Shown one piece after another: positions 28,231-37,827 of a DNA stretch of 64,000 bases. This DNA is from Candidatus Microgenomates bacterium (GTDB taxonomy: Bacteria; Patescibacteriota; JACPGU01). Below the pieces are notes generated by a model. It saw nothing but the letters and a program-made list of their open reading frames with translations. It was not told the origin of the DNA and made no database searches. The stretch lies in NCBI GenBank assembly GCA_016188915.1, contig JACPGU010000002.1, positions 241,211-305,210 on the forward strand. Direction: 5' to 3'. Both the position numbers and the translations under genes were made by a program. The number at the start of each line of letters is the position of its first letter. Position 1 is the stretch's first letter.

Positions 28231-28939
28231 ATGGAAACGATTAGCGACCATTTCCCTTTTTGTAGTCTTGACGAAGCGGTTGACGTTCAGAAAAAAAAGA
28301 CGGTTTGATACTGGCCTTTTTAAGGCCGTAGAAAAATTTGTCGGAGAACTGCCTGATTTTTTGCAAAAAGATTTTGATTGGAAAAAACCGACGACGGCTA
28401 TTGTCACGCCCCTGGCCAGTTGGCGAGAAGTAGATCAGATTTTTCTTGATCGATCTGCCAGAGTAGGCGCGCGCGCGATTTGGCTGGAATTTTCCAAGGA
28501 TCTTTTTAGTCCCACTAATTGTTGGAAAAAAGAATTCATTTTGGTTCGCAATAACGGCCAGACAAGAACTTTGGTTAACCCCGAGAGATTTGCTGGTCAA
28601 CCCTTTGCCTGGGTCGTGGTCGATGATGGTGACTATCTGATTGATTGCCATCATCAATTGCGTCACAGATTGACGGAAGGTACAGATGGTCGAACGCCGT
28701 ATTTTGACATCTCTCCCTGGCTTTGCCAAAAAAGAAATGGTCAAAAGCTCGGCCATATCACACCCCTTCTGGCTTTGGCGGTCATGCATTTCATTTTAGT
28801 TTTGTATGACCATACCCCTTCTCTACTAGCCAAAAAAATCCAGCCGGCCAGTCTTTTGATAGAACAAAGATTGGGCGTTAGGCCGTTGATTGTTGATCTC
28901 GGCGTTTCACATTCTTCGGCCAGGATTTTGCTCCAGTAA
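28231..28939 (+). CDS. Hypothetical protein, apparently frameshifted at an A8 tract
   Basis: SD GGAGG before ATG 28231; that frame stops after 25 codons, and removing one A at 28291-28298 joins it to the 223-aa ORF. Confidence 0.5.
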
Positions 28940-28988
28940 TTTTTTTAGGCTAAGATAGATGGTCACCCCTTCTCTCTTGGCTTGTTTC

Positions 28989-29022
28989 AAAAAAAACGCC
29001 CCTCATCACGGGGGCGTTTTTT
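28989..29022. terminator. Bidirectional terminator
   Basis: AAAAAACGCCCC-TCATCACG-GGGGCGTTTTTT between convergent genes. Confidence 0.75.
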
Positions 29023-29064
29023 GTATTTATTCGAACGATTCGCTCTAATTCAAGCAATTCGCAT

Positions 29065-30087
29065 CTAAAGTTTCTTTTTAATCGTCGGATATTCCTTAGT
29101 TAGCACCGAGATGGTGGCGACCGCCGGAACGGCGAGCAGTACTCCCAAAATCCCTGCCAATTTACCGCCGACCAAAAGGGCGATTAGAGTGATAAAGGGA
29201 GAAATCCCTAGCGCTTTTTGCATTATTTTTGGTACGAAAACCTGATTTTCCAATTGCTGGATGATGACATAGGCAATCAAAACGACGACTGCCAGCCAGG
29301 GCGAAGACAGATAGGCCAAAATCACTGCCGGGATAGCCGCGATAATCGGCCCAATGGTTGGTATAACTTCCATTAGTCCGGCGATTAAACCCAGGGTCAA
29401 AGCGTATGGCACTTGCAAAATAAACAAAATAATAGTAGTGGCTACGCCTACCACCGCCATCAAGCTGATTTGTCCGACCACCCAAGCTCCCATTTTATCC
29501 GAAATCTTTTTGCTGACTTCCACGATGTAGGCTTTCTGAGAAATAGGCATTAAGGAAACAAAAAATTTCCTAATACCATCTTCTTCCAGGAGCAAAAATA
29601 AAGTCAGAACCAGAATGTAGAACAAAGTCGCTATTCCTCCAAAAAAGCTACTGGCCGATTTGACGATGGTATCAGCAACATTTCCCAGGGTAGAGGAGGC
29701 TGATTTGATAGAACTAGAAGAGTCCAATAAGCCGTTGCCACTGAAAGTGCTGAAAAGCTCATTAATTTTTTGAGAATAGCCTGGTAGATTGTGGGAGATA
29801 TTTTGGATTTGGTCAACAACTGGCGGAATAATCATATAGCCGATAATGCCAAAGATCAAAAGAAGCCCCAAATAAATCAGAAGAATGGCCATTATTCTGG
29901 GAATATTGAGGCGGTCTTTTATTTTGTCAACCAATGGCGAGAGTGCGGCGTTTAGGATAAGAACGATAAAGAGAGTGAGGATAATATCAAATAGATGCAG
30001 CAAAAGATAAAAGCTAATGATAGCAACAGCCACTTTGACAATACTGCTCCAAGATATTTCCCAGACGGTAGTTTGTTTTGTTGACAT
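29065..30087 (-). CDS. AI-2E (PerM) family transporter
   Basis: Multi-TM; L.PLVD, PYAL.LG.IAG..E.IP.IGP, QQLENQVFVPKIM, LLAVP; start MSTKQ. Confidence 0.92.
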   Translation of the reverse strand: MSTKQTTVWEISWSSIVKVAVAIISFYLLLHLFDIILTLFIVLILNAALSPLVDKIKDRLNIPRIMAILLIYLGLLLIFGIIGYMIIPPVVDQIQNISHNLPGYSQKINELFSTFSGNGLLDSSSSIKSASSTLGNVADTIVKSASSFFGGIATLFYILVLTLFLLLEEDGIRKFFVSLMPISQKAYIVEVSKKISDKMGAWVVGQISLMAVVGVATTIILFILQVPYALTLGLIAGLMEVIPTIGPIIAAIPAVILAYLSSPWLAVVVLIAYVIIQQLENQVFVPKIMQKALGISPFITLIALLVGGKLAGILGVLLAVPAVATISVLTKEYPTIKKKL

Positions 30088-30127
30088 TATTTTTTGATTA
30101 GTTTTTGTTTTTATTATATAACGAGAT

Positions 30128-30823
30128 CTATTCTTTGGCTGGAGTTTGCTCTTCGGCGAGCGCTTCGTTTTCTGTTTCTTCTTTCTCTGGTTTCTCAACG
30201 GCATCGCCAACAGCTTCAATATTTTCCTCTACTTTTTCTTCCAGCGCGGCTAATTCTTCTTCACTCCTAGGCGGATTGACCAAGGCAATAGTTTCTTTAA
30301 GGTCGGTAATCATTTCTACATTGGCTGGCAATTTGATGTCGGAAGCCGTGATAGAGTCCTCAAAAGTTTTCAATTTTTCCAAATTGACCTCTAGCTCGTG
30401 CGGAATATTGGCCGGTAAACATTTGACCTCAATTTCAGTTTTATTAGTGATTAATGTTCCTTCCAAATCTTTTACCGCGGTCGATTCACCAACGAATTTT
30501 ATCGGTATGGTGGTTTCTATTTCTTCGTCCATTTTTACTTCATAAAAATCAATATGGATAGCTTCGTCGCGAAGAGGATCCAGCTGCACATCATGTGCCA
30601 AAACGTTACGAGGGGTATTCTCGCCTTCAATGTTTAATTCAATCAAACTGTTCTCTCCCGCTTGGCGAAAAACACGATTGAATTCTTTTAGATCAATAGA
30701 AATATTGACATTGGTTTTACCCTTGCCATAAACTACACCAGGAGTAATACCGATCTGTCGCAAAGGCCCCAATCTTGCTCCCTTCTCTTCTCTTTTTTTA
30801 GCTATCAGTTTGTATCCTACCAT
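30128..30823 (-). CDS. rplY: 50S ribosomal protein L25/CTC
   Basis: PGVVYG, Q.DP....HIDFY, IPIKFVGES.AVK..G, CLPANIP. Confidence 0.95.
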   Translation of the reverse strand: MVGYKLIAKKREEKGARLGPLRQIGITPGVVYGKGKTNVNISIDLKEFNRVFRQAGENSLIELNIEGENTPRNVLAHDVQLDPLRDEAIHIDFYEVKMDEEIETTIPIKFVGESTAVKDLEGTLITNKTEIEVKCLPANIPHELEVNLEKLKTFEDSITASDIKLPANVEMITDLKETIALVNPPRSEEELAALEEKVEENIEAVGDAVEKPEKEETENEALAEEQTPAKE

Positions 30824-31223
30824 TTTTGCTTCCTTTCAGTATGCTTTTTTTGTTATTTTTAATTATTTCGCTGAAGTCACCTTTGAAATTTTTGATATTT
30901 TTGTAAAAATCTAGGATGTCGTCATCTTGGACGGGGCCTTTTTTGATGAAATCAATCATCTCATTCATTTTAACGTCTATCAAAAATGGCTTTTCTGATT
31001 TTCTGTCGTTTTTTTCGCTAGTAAAGGCAAAACTTGCCATAATAGTATTCTGGCATTCGCGACAATTAAGGTGGCCAACATAGCCGGAATCAAAACGAGC
31101 GACGATGGTGATATTAGACTCCATGTAATCAGCGCCACAAAAAGGGCAATGTACCAAACGGCTGATATCTGGCACTATTTCTTCGTTGCCACTCCAAGAA
31201 TCAAAAAAATTATAGCCCGACAT
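30798..31223 (-). CDS. Hypothetical zinc-ribbon protein
   Basis: CPFC...H.NCREC; C-terminal DDILDFY...F.GDF. Confidence 0.6.
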   Translation of the reverse strand: MSGYNFFDSWSGNEEIVPDISRLVHCPFCGADYMESNITIVARFDSGYVGHLNCRECQNTIMASFAFTSEKNDRKSEKPFLIDVKMNEMIDFIKKGPVQDDDILDFYKNIKNFKGDFSEIIKNNKKSILKGSKNGRIQTDS

Positions 31224-31460
31224 ATTTTTGTATTGTTTTTTAAATCCATCTTTAGTATAACACAATACTTCCCGATGTTCAACTGTTTACTAAATAGGTG
31301 ACTCCAAAGCAAAGCGCCGCCTTTGCCTTGGAGCAAACGGGCGGCGCTATTTTGGAACTTCGAGGGGAGGTGTCCCCTCTTGAAAAAAACGTCCTCTCTG
31401 TCTTTAACGGGCGACTGAATAACAGAAAAAATGAGAGGAACTTTTTCTGTTTTGGTTGGG

Positions 31461-32099
31461 TTACAAAAACGGATATCCTTGAGGGACGAGTAAACTTTTT
31501 GGATTTTGTCCGTCCCAAGATATTTCTCCTGTCAAAACCAACTTGGTAATGTACCATTGCCAGGCACGCTCTTTTTCGTTGACGCGAGCGGCCAAAGTTT
31601 CGGCGGTGTCGTCTTCCCTTATTAAAACGGGATAGCGGAAAATAACCGGACCTTTGTCATATTCGTCGGTGACGAAATGCATTGTTACCGCGCTTTCCAT
31701 TATAAGGCCTTTCTTGTATGAGTCAATAACTGATTCGTGGACAAAGTGCCCATACATCCCTTGCCCGCCAAAGAGCGGCAAGGGCCCCGGGTGGATATTG
31801 ATGGTTTTGGTAGGGTCAAGACCTTTTGCCAATTTTAACCAGCCAGAAAGCGCAATCAAGTCGGGACTGTATTTTGCAACCAACTTCTGGTATCCCTCGG
31901 CCTCATAAGGGCCGGGGAAATATTCAAAAGGAACTCCATATTCTTGAGCGATTTGGAAAACTCCTCCCTCCGGATGGGAGGAAACGACGGCAACAATGTC
32001 GGCTGGCAAGAGACCGGTCTTGGTATGTTCAACTAATTCTCCAAAACCACTACCCCCGCCCGTTTTACTGCCCGAAGCGAAAACTAAGATTTTTTTCAT
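31461..32099 (-). CDS. purN: Phosphoribosylglycinamide formyltransferase
   Basis: VFASG...GS, INIHPGPLP.FGG.GMYG..VH, HFVTDEYDKGPVI. Confidence 0.9.
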   Translation of the reverse strand: MKKILVFASGSKTGGGSGFGELVEHTKTGLLPADIVAVVSSHPEGGVFQIAQEYGVPFEYFPGPYEAEGYQKLVAKYSPDLIALSGWLKLAKGLDPTKTINIHPGPLPLFGGQGMYGHFVHESVIDSYKKGLIMESAVTMHFVTDEYDKGPVIFRYPVLIREDDTAETLAARVNEKERAWQWYITKLVLTGEISWDGQNPKSLLVPQGYPFL

Positions 32100-32138
32100 A
32101 GTTGCTTTTTTTGAAATTGAAATATTGAAATATAATAT

Positions 32139-32171
32139 ACTTCTTGCGAAGGTGTCACCTTCGCAAGAAGT
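32139..32171. repeat. REP-like palindrome, copy 2
   Basis: ACTTCTTGCGAAGGTG-T-CACCTTCGCAAGAAGT. Confidence 0.8.
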
Positions 32172-32177
32172 GGGGAT

Positions 32178-32588
32178 TTAAGATAATTTTAGTTTTTCGG
32201 CCATACTTTGCAATTCCTTTGCTATGGGGCTAGCAGTCTTTTCTTCTAGCAAAACTTTTGAAGTAATGTCAGTTGTCTCTTGCATCGGTACAATGTGAAT
32301 ATGAGCATGAGGGACATCAAAACCCATGGTCATTATACCAGTTTTGAGAGGCCTTAATTCTTCGTTGACTTTTTCCGCTATTTTTTTGACAGCCAGCATC
32401 AATTTGACAAAATCATCATCGATCAGGTCATAAAAATCGGGCGTATGTTTCTTTGGCACGACCAAAATATGCCCTTCTCTTATCGGATGAATGTCTAAAA
32501 ATGCTAGACAATTTTCGTCCTCATAGACTTTGTGGCAGGGGATCTCTCCCCGAATGATTTGACAAAAAATGCAGTTGTTATTTTTCAT
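32178..32588 (-). CDS. HIT family nucleotide hydrolase
   Basis: CIFCQII, GH.LVVPK.H, HAHIH; SD GGAGG before MKNNN. Confidence 0.93.
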   Translation of the reverse strand: MKNNNCIFCQIIRGEIPCHKVYEDENCLAFLDIHPIREGHILVVPKKHTPDFYDLIDDDFVKLMLAVKKIAEKVNEELRPLKTGIMTMGFDVPHAHIHIVPMQETTDITSKVLLEEKTASPIAKELQSMAEKLKLS

Positions 32589-32637
32589 TTTTCCTCCTAT
32601 GCTTATGGTAGTCATTTTATCATTAAAAAGACATTTT

Positions 32638-33105
32638 GTGAAAAAAAATATTATTTTGATAATAATACTAGCAGTTTTAATCGGCGGAGGATATTGGTTT
32701 TGGCAAAAAAATGAAAATAAAAAGCAAAATTTTGTTTCGGATAATACTACTGAAGAAGAAAGGCTAGAATCAATACTAGTCCAGACAGAAGAGAAAAAAG
32801 AAAGCCAAAAGGTAGAGACACCTTTTGCTGAAAATAGGGAAGAAAATCAATCTGTTCAGGCAAAAACATATAATGTGTCTATTAAGAATTTTGCTTTTTT
32901 ATCTGGTAATTTAACCATCAAAAGAGGAGATACGGTGATCTGGACAAATTTTGATAGTATTGGGCATACAGCAACTGGAGGTAGCTTTGATAGTAAAATA
33001 TTAAATAAAGGAGAGAGTTTTTCTTTTACTTTTTATTCTTCTGGCACCTTTGATTATCTTTGCTCGCCCCACCCCTACATGAAGGGAAAGATAGTAGTAG
33101 AATGA
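32638..33105 (+). CDS. Membrane-anchored cupredoxin (plastocyanin/azurin family)
   Basis: N-terminal TM; GDTVIWTN.D...H; YLCSPHPYM type-1 copper ligands; GTG start inferred. Confidence 0.85.
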   Translation: MKKNIILIIILAVLIGGGYWFWQKNENKKQNFVSDNTTEEERLESILVQTEEKKESQKVETPFAENREENQSVQAKTYNVSIKNFAFLSGNLTIKRGDTVIWTNFDSIGHTATGGSFDSKILNKGESFSFTFYSSGTFDYLCSPHPYMKGKIVVE

Positions 33106-33151
33106 AACTCTATAGCCTAAGATGCTATAAAAATACCCGCCTTTTGGCGGG

Positions 33152-33619
33152 TCAATTATTTTTCGGATAAAAGCTGATGCCATCCAGGATAAGGTTAGCG
33201 TCTTTTCTCTCTAAAAGATGAGAAATAATTTTTTCCAGGGATACCCTTTCGCGACAAGCCTTGCTGGCCAAGAAACGCAAAAGAGAGGTGGTCAAAGAAT
33301 CTTTTGTGAGGTCAGAACTAGTTTGCGCGGCGGCGATGACTTTTTTCAGCTCTGCTGCCGGTAAATTTTTGGTTAATTTTCTCCAAAGGCTGGCAGCGTT
33401 ATCTTTCGGGGCTTCTGTCACCATTTTTTCAATACAGCGCAAACAAGCAGAAGTGCCGTCGTTAAAACCGATATATGGTCTTTGATGCTCTTGACAGTAG
33501 TACCCAGATTGCTCCGCACACGAAAGGCAAGCAGAAGTATTTAGCTTTCCGTCGATCCTTTTTATGGGGAGAAAAACCAAAGTTTGGCCAATATCCTGAT
33601 CACAAATTTCACAATGCAT
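33152..33619 (-). CDS. Hypothetical Cys-rich protein
   Basis: CxxC, CxxC, CxxH, CxxC pattern; SD GAAGGGAG. Confidence 0.6.
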   Translation of the reverse strand: MHCEICDQDIGQTLVFLPIKRIDGKLNTSACLSCAEQSGYYCQEHQRPYIGFNDGTSACLRCIEKMVTEAPKDNAASLWRKLTKNLPAAELKKVIAAAQTSSDLTKDSLTTSLLRFLASKACRERVSLEKIISHLLERKDANLILDGISFYPKNN

Positions 33620-33654
33620 TCTTTCTCGCTCCCTTCGTCGGTTTTTAATGTTCC

Positions 33655-34353
33655 CTAGACAAATTTCTTGAATTGTCCAATGTCACGATCTTTATAGAGT
33701 TTGGGTAACATATCTTCTGGCTTCCAATTTTTTTTCATCGCTTCAATATTCTCATGCGTGTGGTATTTGCCACGCTTGGCGTATTCATCTTTTTCCTCGA
33801 TTTTTCCCACTTCGTGGAAGATAATTTGAGCGATGCGCATGCCAACGACCAAAGGAATAATAATGGTGCTAAAGTTGGTGATTTCCATCGTCCAGCGATT
33901 GACATAGCCAATATCGCCCCAGCCGGCGCATTTGCAGACGCCGATGCCGATTCTCCCCAATGAACTTCGAGCGCGCATTTCGGTTGTTAGCGCCGGTAAA
34001 CTCTTTGTGCCGTTTTTGCCACCGATGAATTCTGTCGTGTGAGCCAAAATAGTCTCGCCAGGCGCAACAAAAATTACCTGATCGTCGTCTTCTAGATTGA
34101 AGAAGGGATTGATTTTGGAACGAACTTTTTTTACCTCGATGGACTGCTCTACCTTGGGATACATCTTGGCAATTGATTCTTCCCAGAAGGGATTGAGTGT
34201 TTCGGTGTCGTGAGCGCGACTTTGGCGATAAAAATATTGCCCCAAACGCACATCGCAACTGCTATTGGCAATGTCTTCTTCGTTGAAGGGGTCGATGATG
34301 ATATTGCCGGCCTGGTAATGTTTCAATATTTCTGGTTTGGAGAGGACGGACAT
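33655..34353 (-). CDS. dcd: dCTP deaminase
   Basis: IIIDPF, S.DVRLG, PGE.IL..T.E, ARSSLGR.G, D.GY...WTMEI.N, RIAQI.F. Confidence 0.93.
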   Translation of the reverse strand: MSVLSKPEILKHYQAGNIIIDPFNEEDIANSSCDVRLGQYFYRQSRAHDTETLNPFWEESIAKMYPKVEQSIEVKKVRSKINPFFNLEDDDQVIFVAPGETILAHTTEFIGGKNGTKSLPALTTEMRARSSLGRIGIGVCKCAGWGDIGYVNRWTMEITNFSTIIIPLVVGMRIAQIIFHEVGKIEEKDEYAKRGKYHTHENIEAMKKNWKPEDMLPKLYKDRDIGQFKKFV

Positions 34354-34394
34354 AGGGAAATTGCAGATTTAAGATCGCAGATTGATAATTAAAT

Positions 34395-34886
34395 TTAGCC
34401 GAGGAAATTGCGAAGACGAGGGAAGCGAGAGCAGATGGGGAGCTTCGAACACCAATTTTCCAGGCCGAAAGAGCGACCGGCTCTGAAACTGGCCAAAACC
34501 AGCAAGGCAAAGGCGTAGATGACGTGTTCGTCAACAATGAAAGCGTGAGCGTTGGGGTAGGGGAAATCCAAAATCGGCAAGTAATAAAGCGCCATCAAAA
34601 GCACGCCCATGATTGAAGCAAAACGAGTGAAAATTCCCAAAAGCAAAGCGACGCCAATGAGTAATTGTCCCCATTCGTTCAGGAAATTGGTGATATTGAT
34701 GATGTCTGGGCTGGAAAGCCATTGGTAAAAATCGGGCAGGGTTTTGGCGACTTTCAGATATCCGGCCGCCGACCAATCGGAATTGAACATCTTGGTAATG
34801 CCGGAATAAAAAAACATCCAGCCCAGAGAGAGGCGCAGGAGGATCAGAGACACTTTTTGAAAACGCGAAACATTTTCGTTTTTCAT
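34395..34886 (-). CDS. DoxX/DoxD-family membrane protein
   Basis: LLRL.LGW.F..SG..K, WSAAGYL, G..L.LG.FTR.A. Confidence 0.85.
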   Translation of the reverse strand: MKNENVSRFQKVSLILLRLSLGWMFFYSGITKMFNSDWSAAGYLKVAKTLPDFYQWLSSPDIINITNFLNEWGQLLIGVALLLGIFTRFASIMGVLLMALYYLPILDFPYPNAHAFIVDEHVIYAFALLVLASFRAGRSFGLENWCSKLPICSRFPRLRNFLG

Positions 34887-34939
34887 AGGATTTTGTTTTT
34901 ACTTTTAATGATTCTATTCTAGCAAAAAGAGTTATTTTT

Positions 34940-36115
34940 TCAAAGTCCCAAATGAGCAAGAAGGAGGCGGAAGAATCGAGTTTTGGGCAGGATTCGCCAA
35001 AAAAAGCGTAGATCGGCCAATTTTCTTAGCGCATAGCCAGTCTTTCCGGCAAAAGCTTTTTTGCCCAAGCAAGCGATCGCCCAGCGAGGACCGATAGGGA
35101 TAATGTAGGCGACGGGATGTCTCATACGCGTCAAAAGTTTCCCCCCGGCTATTTTTCGGCAGATATTTTCTGCTGTCAGCCGTCCGTGCGCGATAGCTGA
35201 TTGCGCGGTGCCGACATCGTCAGTATCGGCGCTGTCGCCGATGACAAAAATGTTTTTACTCTTGCTTGCTTGCAAGAAATTGTCCACCGTCACTTGTCTA
35301 GATTTGCCGTGGCGCAATTTTGCCTTGGCGAAAAAAGGATTATTTTTCGTGCCGGCCGTCCAGACGACGGTCTTTGTTTTCACGCCGAAATCACGAAAGA
35401 TGATGTTGCCAGCGTTTTCACGCACTACGGTTCTCCTTGTCAAAATCTTCACGCCTAATTTTTCCAATCGTCTGGTGGCAAGCCTAGACACATTTTTTGA
35501 TAAATGAGGCAGGAGGCGCGCGTGTCGTTCGACTAATTCAATGCCGACCGACTCATTTTTGCGAGCAAAGTAAGCTATTTCTCCGGCCAGCTCCACTCCC
35601 GTTGGTCCTCCGCCTACGATGACTATATTTTCTCGTTTTTTGGCTGATAAGATCTTTTGCAGGCGCGCTTTCAGTTTCAAGGCATCGGCATGCGACTTGA
35701 AAGGATACGCCCTTTTTGGGAGACCGGGAATATCGAAAAAATTAGTTTCACTGCCAATAGCTAACACTAAATAATCAAAGGAGTATTTTTTTTGCCCAAT
35801 AATTTTTTTGTTTTTAATGTCCAGCTTTTTGACGCGGTCGATGGCAATACGAATATTTTTTTCTGCAAAAATATCTTTGAGTCTCACGGCCACTCCCGGC
35901 GCGTGACGGTCACTGACTAGACGGTACAAAGAAGGTTTGTATTCAAAATCCGCTTTGTCGCTGATTAAAGTGATAGCGACATTGGACAGATTTTTCTTCG
36001 CCAGCTCCAGCGCTGTCGTTATTCCGCCGAATCCCCCACCGACGATAATGATCCGCACTCCGCTCTTCTCTTTGTCGAGCTTTATGGGATGAGTTTTTGT
36101 TTTGGTTTTTGGCAT
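34940..36115 (-). CDS. ndh: Type II NADH dehydrogenase-family flavoprotein
   Basis: GGGFGG, DYLVLAIGS, GGGPTGVELAGE, VWTAG, IFVIGD, AQSA. Confidence 0.85.
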   Translation of the reverse strand: MPKTKTKTHPIKLDKEKSGVRIIIVGGGFGGITTALELAKKNLSNVAITLISDKADFEYKPSLYRLVSDRHAPGVAVRLKDIFAEKNIRIAIDRVKKLDIKNKKIIGQKKYSFDYLVLAIGSETNFFDIPGLPKRAYPFKSHADALKLKARLQKILSAKKRENIVIVGGGPTGVELAGEIAYFARKNESVGIELVERHARLLPHLSKNVSRLATRRLEKLGVKILTRRTVVRENAGNIIFRDFGVKTKTVVWTAGTKNNPFFAKAKLRHGKSRQVTVDNFLQASKSKNIFVIGDSADTDDVGTAQSAIAHGRLTAENICRKIAGGKLLTRMRHPVAYIIPIGPRWAIACLGKKAFAGKTGYALRKLADLRFFWRILPKTRFFRLLLAHLGL

Positions 36116-36122
36116 ATAGCAA

Positions 36123-36896
36123 TTATCGCATTTTTTTAGCCATTAAAGCCAGAGCCGAATTTTCTTTGTATCTGCCCTTGCCTAGAAAAAGCGGGTAGAA
36201 AATTTTTTCCGCTTTTATTTTAGTTTTTCCCTCTTGACCGATGACCTGCCTTGTCTTTATCAGTCGAAAATCTTTGAGCGCTGGATTTTGCTGAAATTTT
36301 TTCCCCACTTTGTATATACCATAAACACGGAATACCTCTGATTTTTGCTTTAATTTTTTCTTTCCCGTCAAGGCTCCAATATTAATCAGCATCTGCCTGG
36401 TTACGTCTAGGGCCTTTGGGTAATTAGCCATTTTTTTGTTTGGCCCGAATTCTAAAGCAATGCCTCTTTGCACATGAGAGATGAGCTCCTTGCCCCCAAA
36501 AACATTTTTTTTCACTAAAGCAACTTTTTCTATCGGGACGAATCTTAGCATTCTTTTTATCTCTTTATCGTATTTAGTGACGATGGCGAGCCTGTCAATA
36601 TCAGAATTGGTGGCATGAATATCTATAACTAAATCATAGCAAGACAGGGCTTTTCTTAGTTGATAAGCTATTTTTTCCTCATTTTGACCATTTTTTTTGC
36701 CGGGAAAAGATCTATTCAGATCTTTCTTTATCCAGCGCTTCCTTTTCTCGTAGGCGGGTTGATTGCCAATGAAAAAATCCAAAACAAATCCCTCCTTAAC
36801 TTTTGCTTTTTTAAGTTCCTTGATCACTTTGATGCCGATAATTTCATCGCCATGGACGCAACCGACAATAGCGATTTTGAAAATTTTTCTATTCAT
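36123..36896 (-). CDS. Succinylglutamate desuccinylase/aspartoacylase (M14-like Zn peptidase)
   Basis: HGDE, GN, DLNRSFPG, IDIH, E.G motifs. Confidence 0.9.
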   Translation of the reverse strand: MNRKIFKIAIVGCVHGDEIIGIKVIKELKKAKVKEGFVLDFFIGNQPAYEKRKRWIKKDLNRSFPGKKNGQNEEKIAYQLRKALSCYDLVIDIHATNSDIDRLAIVTKYDKEIKRMLRFVPIEKVALVKKNVFGGKELISHVQRGIALEFGPNKKMANYPKALDVTRQMLINIGALTGKKKLKQKSEVFRVYGIYKVGKKFQQNPALKDFRLIKTRQVIGQEGKTKIKAEKIFYPLFLGKGRYKENSALALMAKKMR

Positions 36897-36925
36897 AAAC
36901 TTTTAGTTAATTATATACAAAAACA

Positions 36926-36959
36926 AATTGAGGCGGGAAGTATGTTCCCGCCTCACAAT
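36926..36959 (-). terminator. Terminator hairpin after the GCS2 gene
   Basis: Minus strand TGAGGCGGGAA-CATAC-TTCCCGCCTCA followed by a T-rich run. Confidence 0.6.
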
Positions 36960-37787
36960 TTAGGCAACATTTTGAGCTAAAGCTTGTTGGCAAATACCGT
37001 AACATACTCTGGCCCAAAAGACTATTTCGTCTATATCTTCCGTAGTGTCGAACATACGGAATTCGATAGTGCCATGTTTGGAGATTCTGATGAAATCCCA
37101 AAGCTGGCGCGGATCGTTGTCAAATCTTTCGTTGACTGCTCTTTGATAAAATTCTTCCCAGTTTGCGTAGCGAGGCGGGAAAAATTTGGTTATCATATGC
37201 TTCTGGAAGATGTCCATTTTGGCGTTCATCCCGATGGCTGCCCGGCAGTATTCGGAAATCCTCTGGTCGGTCGCTCCTAATCGACAGAGATATTTGAATG
37301 ACTCGACAGCTTTGTTGTAAACAGCCATGGCCTCTGCATGGCTAGGCATGCCAATATGGATATGTACTCCTGCTACACGACAAGCCGCCAGAAGCACTTG
37401 TCTCGGGAGATCTTTGGTGATGCCCAGATATCTCGTATCGGGGTAGACATCTAATGGCATATCTTCCGGCGCGACTGGACAAAATATGCGGGAGAAACGG
37501 AGTTTTTTTTCGGCTTCTTTGATGACTCCCTCTACCTCTAGAATGTTTCTTCTCAGATTTTCGATGGGGCATGCTTCTGGTGTTCTCCATTCCAGTTGAC
37601 AGGCAGAAAGCTCATAAGTGAAGCAATCAGACAATTCAGGAGCGATGGTCTTGATGCCCATCAGAATGCGATGGGCAATCGGAGCTATCTGGCCATTTTC
37701 GGCAAGATGACATTCTATCTCTACTCCGACCTTTTCGGTATTTTCAGGAGCAAATTGGTAAAGAGCCATAAATTCTTCCATTCCCAT
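36960..37787 (-). CDS. Glutamate-cysteine ligase family 2 (GCS2/YbdK-like carboxylate-amine ligase)
   Basis: VGVEIE, EL..CQLE..T, GVHIHIG, LW..IR...HGTIEFRMFD; SD AAAGGAG before ATG 37787. Confidence 0.85.
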   Translation of the reverse strand: MGMEEFMALYQFAPENTEKVGVEIECHLAENGQIAPIAHRILMGIKTIAPELSDCFTYELSACQLEWRTPEACPIENLRRNILEVEGVIKEAEKKLRFSRIFCPVAPEDMPLDVYPDTRYLGITKDLPRQVLLAACRVAGVHIHIGMPSHAEAMAVYNKAVESFKYLCRLGATDQRISEYCRAAIGMNAKMDIFQKHMITKFFPPRYANWEEFYQRAVNERFDNDPRQLWDFIRISKHGTIEFRMFDTTEDIDEIVFWARVCYGICQQALAQNVA

Positions 37788-37827
37788 GACAAGTCGTCTC
37801 CTTTCGTTTTTTGTAAAATTTGGGAAT

